A stretch of 64,000 bases of DNA from Blastocatellia bacterium (GCA_963834975.1 CAWIDZ010000004.1:127154-191153); one strand, 5' to 3'. Counted from the stretch's first letter, positions 1 through 7,907 are shown. Notes: generated by a model not told the origin, from the sequence alone. Numbers and translations are program-made.

Positions 1-1478
1 ATCCGTTTTGACCTTATTAGGACGAGAAGCGCAATAAGCCGGTTGTCGGCATCATACTTAAGGCCGAATCCGTTCGACTCGGCAGGAACATTGAGTTCGG
101 TCAGTTTATCGGTTATGTCATAGACGTAAGCAGTATGAGTTACTGAGTCGAGTTTCAGAGCAGTTCGATTACCAGCAGCGTCATAAACGTTCTCCATCAC
201 GTGGCCGAAAACATCCGTCTCAGTAGCTCTTCGGCCGCGATTATCATAGGTAAACGCGACAGTGCCATTTTGGTTTACAGCGGAGGTCAACCGCGAGAGA
301 TCGTCGTAACCGTATGTGGCGTATTGGGTCGAGCCCGTGTACATTATCCCGGTAAGGCGATTTAGGACATCATAGGCGTAGGTTGTTCCCGCACCGTTAT
401 GATCCGCGCGAGATGTTCTATTGCCGACCGCGTCATACCCGAAACTCATTGTCGTCCCAGCCCTCGTTTCCGATAGTTCTCGTCCCAGGGGATCATAGGT
501 AAACGTGTATTCGTGGCTCAATGCGTCTTTGACCTTGGTTAACTGCAAACGGGCGTTATAGGTGAGATAGGTCGGTTGCATCAGATCATCTGTTACGGTT
601 ATAAGCCGCTGAGCGTTGGGTATATCGTAGGAGTAAGCGTAGCTTGTCATGTGACCGGCAGTGTCTGCATGAGTAGCAACTTCACCAAGTTGGTCGTAGG
701 TAAAGTTTTCTTCCAATCGCGTCCCACCGATAGTCGGCAAAGGATACTTGATCTTCTTTACCCGATTGAAATCGTCGTATTCGACATCTGTGACATTCCC
801 CAGAGCGTCTATCTGAGACGTCAGATTCGACATCAGATCATAGCCATATGTCGTCGCGTGGCTCAGTGCGTCCGTTACGCCAGTGAGCCTGTAATTATTA
901 TCGTATGCATACGCCGTTGAATGGCCGAGTTCATCAGTGACGGATGTCCTGCGGCCCGCGAGATCATAACCAATAGATACAAAGTTCGTATCCGGGAATG
1001 TAATTTTGTTGATACGGTTATTAAGATCGTACTGAAGCGACGTTGCCTGGCTCAAGGCATTTGTAACGCTCGTCACCCGCGCTCGAGAGTCATAACCGAA
1101 GTTAGTGTGTTTACTGTTCGCATCGCTAATTTGCGTTAATCTGCCCGATGTATCGTAGGTCAGCGAAGTGGTGTGGTTGAGTGCGTCGGTGATCGATGAA
1201 GTTTGGCCCGCAGATGTATAGGTAAATGTTGTCGTATGACCGAGCGGATCGGTAGAGGTAAGCAGATTGCCGGTTGAGCTGTAAGTATTCGTCGTGATCC
1301 CGCCCATTCTGTCAGTGCTCGTCAGAACCTCGCCGAAGGAATTATGTGTAAATGTCTGTGTACCCAGAATATCCTGCATTGAGGTTATGTTTCGGTCGCT
1401 ATCATAACTATACAGAGTGTCGTGCAGAAGCGCGTCTCTTTTTCTAACAAGGTTTAGCCGCGCTGCTGCCGAGATCAT
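1..1478 (-). CDS. RHS/YD-repeat family protein, partial (C-terminal part lies beyond the left edge)
   Basis: One minus-strand frame stays consistent in my spot translations: 1380-1439 gives RDALLHDTLYSYDSDRNITS, 601-659 gives TSYAYSYDIPNAQRLI, and 1-59 gives KYDADNRLI. These are repeated Y-x-YD-x-x-(G/N)RL motifs. The ORF is absent from the track because it has no stop inside the window. The first in-frame ATG is at 1478. Confidence 0.8.
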   Translation of the reverse strand, partial: MISAAARLNLVRKRDALLHDTLYSYDSDRNITSMQDILGTQTFTHNSFGEVLTSTDRMGGITTNTYSSTGNLLTSTDPLGHTTTFTYTSAGQTSSITDALNHTTSLTYDTSGRLTQISDANSKHTNFGYDSRARVTSVTNALSQATSLQYDLNNRINKITFPDTNFVSIGYDLAGRRTSVTDELGHSTAYAYDNNYRLTGVTDALSHATTYGYDLMSNLTSQIDALGNVTDVEYDDFNRVKKIKYPLPTIGGTRLEENFTYDQLGEVATHADTAGHMTSYAYSYDIPNAQRLITVTDDLMQPTYLTYNARLQLTKVKDALSHEYTFTYDPLGRELSETRAGTTMSFGYDAVGNRTSRADHNGAGTTYAYDVLNRLTGIMYTGSTQYATYGYDDLSRLTSAVNQNGTVAFTYDNRGRRATETDVFGHVMENVYDAAGNRTALKLDSVTHTAYVYDITDKLTELNVPAESNGFGLKYDADNRLIALLVLIRSKR

Positions 1479-1722
1479 AGAAATACTGCGTGACCTCTGA
1501 ACCGCCGCCGCCGCAGCCACACACGCCCTCCATTTTTGTCACCAGGTTAGTTCCATATTTTCGCGTGTAATAGTATTTCGTTTCCCGTCCCAGAGCATCA
1601 GTTACTGTAAAGATATGGGGTCTGACATGCAAAATTGCGATTCTTGAACACTTCCCCGACCTCCTAAGCAATTTTACACCACGGTGCAAGTTGAGGTTAT
1701 TGACAGGCTGCCGTTTGTTCAT
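1444..1722 (-). CDS. YD-repeat N-terminal ORF, probably the frameshifted 5' end of the same rhs-family gene
   Basis: The 92-aa ORF contains VTDALGRETKYYYTRKYGTNLVTKMEG and ends ...TQYFYD, a YD motif. The YD repeat then continues in another frame (SAAARLNLVRKRDALLHD). There is a GGAG about 4 nt upstream of the ATG at 1722. Confidence 0.5.
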   Translation of the reverse strand: MNKRQPVNNLNLHRGVKLLRRSGKCSRIAILHVRPHIFTVTDALGRETKYYYTRKYGTNLVTKMEGVCGCGGGGSEVTQYFYDLGSSAAKPC

Positions 1723-1960
1723 GATCTCCGGCGACGGGGAACATTTATCGGAGTTCTCTCCGGATGTTCTTGACCGACGACTGCAGGGATTTTCAACACA
1801 ATATCTTCAGGGACTGAGCAGGACTGTTAGCTGCCCCTCCTTAGAAAAGCGGTGTAAGTTAAGTGCTTGTTAAGCTTATGCGTTTCCGGATATGAACTTT
1901 GACTGCTGATTAAATCTCTAAACAACCGGTAGAACGATTAAAATGGCAGAACTTGGAAAA

Positions 1961-2112
1961 TATTGCGAGTATATGTTAAATACTGCGAGTATTTGACATA
2001 TATTGACAGTATTCAATAAATACTGTCAGTATTTTGAATATTTTGCGAGTATTTTATAAATACTGTCAATATTTTTAAAATACTGACAGTATATTTCATA
2101 TTCTGGCATTTT
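1961..2112. repeat. Eight tandem 20-bp-phased repeats, each carrying a palindromic core ATACTG-N-CAGTAT (iteron- or operator-like array)
   Basis: Cores start at exactly 1961, 1981, 2001, 2021, 2041, 2061, 2081 and 2101. They read tattgcgagtat, tactgcgagtat, tattgacagtat, tactgtcagtat, ttttgcgagtat, tactgtcaatat, tactgacagtat and, degenerate, ttctggcatttt. The best unit is AAATACTG-T-CAGTATTT at 2018-2034. Spacers are AT-rich. Confidence 0.9.
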
Positions 2113-2509
2113 CGTCTTGAAAATACCCGTTTAGAGAACCCAGCGGCTGGCAATCGCAAACAGCGGCGGCGGGATCAATAGGCAAGAAGAAATTGAGAAT
2201 TGAGATGGATCGTAAGAAAAGAGCAAACTCTGCCGCATGCGGGTAGGAGCTATTGGGCCGCGTTCGGGCCGCCCCCTTACGGGAGGCGGTACTGACTTTG
2301 CTCTCTGCGATCTCCGCGTTAAAAAATTCTTCTATTCGTGGTGTTCGTGAGATCGGCCGGAGCTTGATGGTTTAGATCGCGGGGTTATGGTTATTGTGTC
2401 CCCTGCACCCGTAACAATAAACGATAAATTGACGCGGAAGAGCAACGTCCGGTTTATATCAATGTCGACGGAAACCTTTGATGTCATGTTTTTTTGCGTC
2501 CGGCCTCGA

Positions 2510-2538
2510 TTCACGCTAAATTAGCGTTTAGGTAGTAT
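2510..2538 (+). promoter_or_regulatory. Candidate sigma70-like promoter with an overlapping palindromic operator upstream of the 2643 operon
   Basis: TTCACG (2510-2515), a 17-nt spacer, then TAGTAT (2533-2538). The palindrome ACGCTAA-A-TTAGCGT (2513-2527) lies in the spacer. This is a pattern match only. Confidence 0.25.
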
Positions 2539-2642
2539 AGATCCTGAATAAGCAGTGCCCCCGCTTTCCCGCAGTTGCGGAGCGGCGTTAAACTGACGCT
2601 AAGCGCCGGCAGCTTTAGGATCGCGGCGTGAGGTTTTTGTAA

Positions 2643-3254
2643 ATGGCGAGACCATTGGTCCTTTCGCTCGACGGTGAAGAATTTTCCGTTGGGCTTGTCA
2701 AAATTGACCGAACTCAATTGTATGGCGATGTTACCGTCGAGGCCTTCGACGAACACGGCCACCCCGCGACGATCAAGGTGCTCGCCTCTGACGGTAATAC
2801 CCTCATCGACAAAGGCGGAACCGCGCTTGAGATGGTCGACAAAAACGGCAACTCGATCAACCGTGACAAGATACGCACCGTGGACCTGGAAGGCAACGAA
2901 CTCGAGACGGTCCCATCTTCATTTAGCCGCGTCAATAACTTAAAGCTCGCCTCCGTCGACGATTATCTTTCGCTGATCGTAAAGTCGGTGTATTGGCTTC
3001 AGGGTTATGAAAACTCCTCGCTCGCGGTTCTGTTTGATAATCTTAAGGAAGGCCATATTTATTCGTTCCCATTCAGCTTTCGCGACGGTATCGAATCGGA
3101 CGAGGCCTTTCTGATAGGCAGCAGCAAAGTTGCCTTTATGGTCATCGGCAATCAGGCGACGCTTGAATTTTTGACGTTCAAACAGGCAGCGGCACTCGAC
3201 ACGACCGAGGAAGACGAGATCTCGGCCGACGATCTGGATTTTGACCTGTTATAG
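2643..3254 (+). CDS. Hypothetical protein (203 aa), first gene of the ligase/PrimPol operon; has an acidic C-terminal tail
   Basis: Long ORF with a GAGG 8 nt upstream of the ATG. I recognise no family motif. It ends EEDEISADDLDFDLL. The next gene starts 12 nt downstream. Confidence 0.75.
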   Translation: MARPLVLSLDGEEFSVGLVKIDRTQLYGDVTVEAFDEHGHPATIKVLASDGNTLIDKGGTALEMVDKNGNSINRDKIRTVDLEGNELETVPSSFSRVNNLKLASVDDYLSLIVKSVYWLQGYENSSLAVLFDNLKEGHIYSFPFSFRDGIESDEAFLIGSSKVAFMVIGNQATLEFLTFKQAAALDTTEEDEISADDLDFDLL

Positions 3255-3266
3255 GAGATCTGACTA

Positions 3267-3974
3267 ATGGCGATAAATATCAGCAATCAGAAAAACCGCG
3301 ATGCGGTCGTCGCCCTCGAGGGGCTTTTTCCTCGTCGTGAGGTGCGATATGTCGACGAGAAAGGCGACCCCGTCCGCACACAAAAGGTCCTCAAATCGGA
3401 CGTCAAACATGACCTGCCCGAACTTCTCAAAAAACGGAAGAACCTCGAAAAAGTGGCAAAAGACCTGATCGCCGGCGACCCTGAGGTAGATCTCGAATCG
3501 TTTGGCACATTCCTCGCCGAAACATCGCGTGTTTACGTTTCAAAAGAGGGCATCGTCCATCTTGTCGAAGAATTTGAGGTCGTTATTGCCCCGGACGGGA
3601 CCGAACGCGAACGCCGGCCGCGGCGTAAGTTGGTGCAAAATCTGAACTCGGACATACCCCTCAGATGGACCGGGAAATTTATTAAGAAGGAAGAAGCAAT
3701 AGCGAAATTTGTCTTTAACAACAAACGCCAGTTGGCGCATGTTAACGGCCTGACGTTTGATTTTTTGTACGAAATGGCCGAGGAGCTCGACAAGAAAAAT
3801 TCGCTTCTGCTGATACGCGGCGGCGAAAAAGGTAATGAACCGATCGTGATGAACCGCGGCGGTAAACCGTATAACGCCTTTCTCGAGGGCCGCATCAAGG
3901 GCGACTCTTACTGCCTGATCCTGCATCTCTCGAACCTCGAACTAAAACGGCCAAAGGAGGTCGAAGATGTTTGA
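3267..3974 (+). CDS. Hypothetical protein (235 aa), second gene of the ligase/PrimPol operon
   Basis: Long ORF with a GGAG upstream. It overlaps the ligase start by 8 nt (ATGTTTGA). It is basic and charged (RERRPRRK) and I recognise no family motif. Confidence 0.75.
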   Translation: MAINISNQKNRDAVVALEGLFPRREVRYVDEKGDPVRTQKVLKSDVKHDLPELLKKRKNLEKVAKDLIAGDPEVDLESFGTFLAETSRVYVSKEGIVHLVEEFEVVIAPDGTERERRPRRKLVQNLNSDIPLRWTGKFIKKEEAIAKFVFNNKRQLAHVNGLTFDFLYEMAEELDKKNSLLLIRGGEKGNEPIVMNRGGKPYNAFLEGRIKGDSYCLILHLSNLELKRPKEVEDV

Positions 3975-5427
3975 CCTCGGCATAACCAAATCAAAATTTA
4001 CATGCAAATTTGGCGACTACTGCTTCGGCAAATCCGCCAACATCGCCGACCCGTCGCTGCAGCTGCGGGCCCAGGACTATCGACGCAAGATGAGCTCGAT
4101 GACCAGAGCCTTTTCAGGAGGCGATATCTATAAGCTGCCGAGGGCAAAAGACTATTACGTCTCGCGAAAATACGACGGCGAATTTGCGATGCTTTTCTAT
4201 GACGGTAAGACGATCTTGTCGATAAACGCCGGTGGTACCGTTCGCGTCGGCCTGCCCGCGTTTGCTGAAGCGGAAAAGCTTTTGAAAAAGGCCAAGGTCA
4301 AATCATGTGTGCTTGGCGCTGAGATCTATCTGCAGGACGTGAAATTTAAGACTCAGGCGATACACCAGGTCGTCGGGATCCTGCGTTCACCCAAAGCCAA
4401 GGCGGACCTCAGCCGCCTCGGCCTCGCGGTCTTTGATGTTATGGAATTTGACGGCAAACAGCCGTCATCGACGCAGGATGTTTTCGCATTACTGAAAAAA
4501 TGGTTCGGCAGCGGCAAATTAGCACACGCCGCCGAGGTCGTCGTTGCGGACGATCTGGACAAGATCACCGATATCTTTAACGAGTGGGTGGTGACTGAAG
4601 GCAGCGAGGGCCTGGTCGTGAGGAATGACCGTGCCGGATGGTTCAAGGTAAAATCCCGTCACAACCTCGATGTAGCTGTCATCGGGTTTTCAGAGGGGAT
4701 AGACGACCGCAAAGGCATGCTCCACGATCTGCTCGTCGCCGTTATGCGTGACGACGGCACCTATCACGAACTTGGCCGCGTCGGCGGCGGATTTACCGAC
4801 GAGAACCGCAAAGAGCTGGTTCGCGACCTGAGAAAGCGCACCGCTCCGTCAGATTATGTCGCCGTCAATAACGACTATGTCGCGTACGAAATGATCAAGC
4901 CCGGCCCCGTCATCGAGATCTCATGCCTTGACCTTATTCCCGAAAGATCAAGGGGCGGCCCGGTCAACCGAATGGTGCTCGAATGGGACGGCAAGCGTTA
5001 TCTCGCACTCGAGCGGATGCCGATCGTCAGCATGATCTCGCCGCAGTTCGTCCGCATTCGCGATGATAAGGAAGCTGTGGTCGCCGACGTGAATATCAGT
5101 CAGATCAACGATCTCGTCGAGGTGCCAAAGATCACAAAGACCGCTCGCGATGAAAAGAAGCCCGAGAGCCAACTTCTCGAGCGCGCCGTTTACACCAAGG
5201 TCATGAAAGGCAACACTATGGTCCGCAAACTGCTGTTATGGAAAACGAACAAGGAAAAGGACGAACAGTTCCCGGCCTATGTCGTTTATCTCACGGATTT
5301 CAGCCCGAACCGGGAAAACGCGCTTGAGCGTGATATCAAGATCGCCCATACCGTTTCAATGGCGCGAAGGCATTTCGATGATATGTCAAAGGCCAAGTTT
5401 ATCGGCGGTTGGGTAAAGGCGGAGTAA
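3967..5427 (+). CDS. ATP-dependent DNA ligase family protein with a roughly 110-aa C-terminal extension
   Basis: Nucleotidyltransferase motifs are present: I SRKYDGEF (Lys68), III VLGAEIYL, IIIa LAVFDVMEF, IV EGLVVR, V WFKVKSRHNLDVAVIG. An OB-domain end FVRIRDDK (motif VI-like) sits at aa 361-368. Residues 375-486 form an extra domain. Confidence 0.9.
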   Translation: MFDLGITKSKFTCKFGDYCFGKSANIADPSLQLRAQDYRRKMSSMTRAFSGGDIYKLPRAKDYYVSRKYDGEFAMLFYDGKTILSINAGGTVRVGLPAFAEAEKLLKKAKVKSCVLGAEIYLQDVKFKTQAIHQVVGILRSPKAKADLSRLGLAVFDVMEFDGKQPSSTQDVFALLKKWFGSGKLAHAAEVVVADDLDKITDIFNEWVVTEGSEGLVVRNDRAGWFKVKSRHNLDVAVIGFSEGIDDRKGMLHDLLVAVMRDDGTYHELGRVGGGFTDENRKELVRDLRKRTAPSDYVAVNNDYVAYEMIKPGPVIEISCLDLIPERSRGGPVNRMVLEWDGKRYLALERMPIVSMISPQFVRIRDDKEAVVADVNISQINDLVEVPKITKTARDEKKPESQLLERAVYTKVMKGNTMVRKLLLWKTNKEKDEQFPAYVVYLTDFSPNRENALERDIKIAHTVSMARRHFDDMSKAKFIGGWVKAE

Positions 5428-5430
5428 GGA

Positions 5431-6711
5431 ATGGTATTTCAGCGGTTTAGAGAATTTGCCGGGAACAAACGACTTCTTTGGATCGCCGAAGAGTGGCACC
5501 GCTATGCCGAAGAGCTTGCCGAATGGGCCATGAAGCGTCTCGTTAACCGACGCGACGTCTGGAGCCAATACACCTTGCGAAACGGTGTCATCGGCGTGGT
5601 CATGCTGCCGATAAAAGAGCTCCGCAAAAAAGGCAATCACATGGTCACGATCAAAAAGCTGGCCCGCCATTTTGCCGGCGAAAAACCCAGCGACCTGATC
5701 GGGCTTCATTCGATCAGCGATCATTCGACATGCAAATGGTTTGCTATCGACGTTGACCTGCATAACGAATCCGTCGCAAATGCTGACGAGGTGGCGGCTG
5801 CAAATTTTGCGGCCTGCCTGCACTGGGCCGACCAACTGCGTTCGCAAAAGATGGACCCGATGCTGCTCGACAGCAACGGGGTCGGCGGTTTTCATCTGTG
5901 GGTCTTGCTGGACAAGGAATATCCGCTGGCCGATACATATGATTTTGTGGACGAACTTCGCTCCAACTGGGAGGACCTCGATCTGCCGCGTCGGCCTGAG
6001 ATATTTCCGCCGAAGCGTGAGGTCGGGCCCGACGATCTGCCGTACGCTCTCAGGGTCCCGGGCCGTCATCATACCCGGCCCTTCTACACACGGCTCTGGA
6101 ATTTTGACCCGATGGGCGAGAACGAATGGCTCGAGGGCGGTGAGGCGATCGAGGCAATGATGAGAACGATCCCGACCAAACTCCCGAAAGCCAACCTTGA
6201 CGACAAACCGGAAAGACCGAAAACGGCCCAACCAAAAAAGAAAAAAGCCAAAACCTCTGTAACTAAATCAAAACCCCGCGTTTGTCTGGATCTGGACGGC
6301 GTCCTCGCTGAGTATGACGGATGGAAAGGGATCGGAAAGATCGGTCCTCCTCTGCCCGGCGCCCGCGAATTTGCCGAAAATTTGTCAAAGGTAGCGGACA
6401 TTGTGATCTTTAGCAGCAGATGCTCAAGCGAACCTGATGCCCGCGGCGATATTTCAGGATTGACCCCCGGTCAGGCGCGGATACACATCATCGAATGGCT
6501 CGAAAAAAATGAGATACCCTTCACCGATGTTTTTATGGGCGAGGGCAAACCACGAGTCGCCGCGATCATAGATGACCGGGCAGTTTCATGCCGGCCGCAG
6601 GAGAGCGAAGAGTCTTATGCTGAAACGCTCGAAGCGGTTGGCCGATTGTTAAAGCGTAAATCGGCCAAAGTTAAACGGCCAGGCCGCATCGTTAAGTCAA
6701 AAGCGACTTAG
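5431..6711 (+). CDS. Primase-polymerase (AEP/PrimPol) fused to a C-terminal HAD-superfamily phosphatase-like domain
   Basis: AEP motifs: FAIDVDLH (DxD, aa 105-111), GGFHLWVLL (aa 152-160) and EIFPPK...ALRVPGRHH (aa 190-213). A Lys-rich linker KPERPKTAQPKKKKAKTSVTKSKPR follows. The HAD motif I is CLDLDGVL (aa 285-292), with IFSSR and IIDDR further on. The gene starts 3 nt after the ligase stop. Confidence 0.85.
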   Translation: MVFQRFREFAGNKRLLWIAEEWHRYAEELAEWAMKRLVNRRDVWSQYTLRNGVIGVVMLPIKELRKKGNHMVTIKKLARHFAGEKPSDLIGLHSISDHSTCKWFAIDVDLHNESVANADEVAAANFAACLHWADQLRSQKMDPMLLDSNGVGGFHLWVLLDKEYPLADTYDFVDELRSNWEDLDLPRRPEIFPPKREVGPDDLPYALRVPGRHHTRPFYTRLWNFDPMGENEWLEGGEAIEAMMRTIPTKLPKANLDDKPERPKTAQPKKKKAKTSVTKSKPRVCLDLDGVLAEYDGWKGIGKIGPPLPGAREFAENLSKVADIVIFSSRCSSEPDARGDISGLTPGQARIHIIEWLEKNEIPFTDVFMGEGKPRVAAIIDDRAVSCRPQESEESYAETLEAVGRLLKRKSAKVKRPGRIVKSKAT

Positions 6712-6766
6712 TCCCAAACTTGCACAAGGCGCTCCGGCACCAGCGAGTCGATCCATCCCCGATTCA

Positions 6767-7252
6767 TCATCCTTTCTTCTCTTTCCTGGACGGAGCCTTG
6801 CTTTTCGCTTTCTTTGCCGGAAAGACCGTCTCGATCTTCCAATCAGGCTCTATGTACTTATCGTTGGCCTTGATCAAAAGCCAGTCTTTGTCTTTTCCAT
6901 TGAGCTTTATCAATGCGAAAGATCCGTGAATCTTTGAGCCGAAAAACGTAATCTCCAGCTTACCCGCTTTTAACTGCCGCAGCGGATCCTCATCCGTTTC
7001 AAATTCGCCTTTGTCCCAGATCCTGACCTCGCCGGCGCCATAGCTGCCCTCGGCGATCTCGCCCTCAAAATCAATATAGCTTAGTGCATGATCGGGAACT
7101 GCCACCGCGAGGCGTTTATCCGCCGGGTTCAAAGAGACGCCTTTGGGTACGGCCCACGATTTCAGGACACCGTCGATCTCAAGCCGCAGATCAAAGTGCA
7201 GATTGGTCGCGTGGTGTTCGTGGATCACAAATCGTTTTCGCATATTGTTCAA
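6767..7252 (-). CDS. Stand-alone LigD-type 3'-phosphoesterase (PE) domain protein
   Basis: RFVIHEHHATNLHFDLRLEIDGVLKSWAVPKGVSLNP...AVPDHALSYIDFEGEI..GSYGAGEVRIWDKG matches the conserved LigD PE signature (H-x-H, HFD-RLE, SWAVPKG, FEG, YGaG). Confidence 0.9.
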   Translation of the reverse strand: MNNMRKRFVIHEHHATNLHFDLRLEIDGVLKSWAVPKGVSLNPADKRLAVAVPDHALSYIDFEGEIAEGSYGAGEVRIWDKGEFETDEDPLRQLKAGKLEITFFGSKIHGSFALIKLNGKDKDWLLIKANDKYIEPDWKIETVFPAKKAKSKAPSRKEKKG

Positions 7253-7263
7253 CCCAGCTTTGC

Positions 7264-7869
7264 CTACGGCTTAGAATAACTAACTCTTACATTCAAAAGC
7301 CGGGCAGGGAATGTCGCAAAATCTTCGACCTCGACATGTGAGCCATTTGCTCCTTTATCCTCTTTCCAGCTTATTTTTGCAGCGGCTATGTAAGTGCCGT
7401 CGCCCTTGCCGGTCGCCGGATCGATGTTTAATTCGATATATCCGAACGGATAGTCGAGTGATCGATATCCGCCGCGAAGTTCGGCAAAACGGGTCCAGCG
7501 TTCAAAGACGATATAGATCCGTCGCATGCCGTCAACGTTTCTTTCCCGAACAGCGTTGATCGTTTTTGCAAGATGGCCGTCAACCGAGAATGATCCGCGG
7601 TCATCGTCCCTTATTCCGTCGAGCAGCGCGTCCTGACCTTTATCCTGCAGCAGGTCCAGAAAGTGCATAGCCCTGTCCGTCGGTGTCTCGTCCTTGATAT
7701 TGATAGTGAAAGTACTGGTAACCGCGCGGGTATTAAAACCGCTGCCGTAACTTAGGATAGTACCGGTATATGTTTCCCGGTTGGCCTGTCCTAATGTCGA
7801 AATTGCAAGAAATGTAAGGCACAAAGCCAGAGCAGTACCAGTGATCTTGAGTTTTTTCATATTGTTCAT
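7264..7869 (-). CDS. Secreted hypothetical protein (signal peptide)
   Basis: 201-aa ORF with an N-terminal hydrophobic signal, MKKLKITGTALALCLTFLAISTLGQA. It stops 11 nt upstream of the PE gene start. No family recognised. Confidence 0.6.
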   Translation of the reverse strand: MNNMKKLKITGTALALCLTFLAISTLGQANRETYTGTILSYGSGFNTRAVTSTFTINIKDETPTDRAMHFLDLLQDKGQDALLDGIRDDDRGSFSVDGHLAKTINAVRERNVDGMRRIYIVFERWTRFAELRGGYRSLDYPFGYIELNIDPATGKGDGTYIAAAKISWKEDKGANGSHVEVEDFATFPARLLNVRVSYSKP

Positions 7870-7907
7870 AATTAGCTCCCCCTTGTTTGTTCATGAACCG
7901 CCGGTCC

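Noticed and set aside
1961-2112. Considered a CRISPR array or a LexA/SOS box cluster
   Set aside because: It is not CRISPR. The period is only 20 bp, there are no unique spacers and no cas genes. It is not a classical SOS box either. The E. coli-type box is CTG-N10-CAG, whereas here the CTG and CAG halves are separated by a single base. The acidobacterial and alpha-type GTTC-N7-GTTC box is also absent.
2332-2762. Two small minus-strand ORFs (60 and 83 aa) in the leader region of the operon
   Set aside because: They have no RBS or motifs. The second overlaps the start of gene 1 on the opposite strand. The region more likely holds the operon promoter and 5' UTR.
2643-3254. Tested whether gene 1 could be a divergent Ku
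   Set aside because: By eye it lacks the N-terminal W-x-G-x-ISFGLV-x-IPV signature and the usual Ku length and basic C-terminus. I cannot exclude a remote fold relationship without profile or structure searches, so I left it as hypothetical.
5386-6231. 281-aa ORF antisense to the PrimPol gene
   Set aside because: The sense strand has clear AEP motifs and operon coupling. The antisense product has no motifs and no RBS context.
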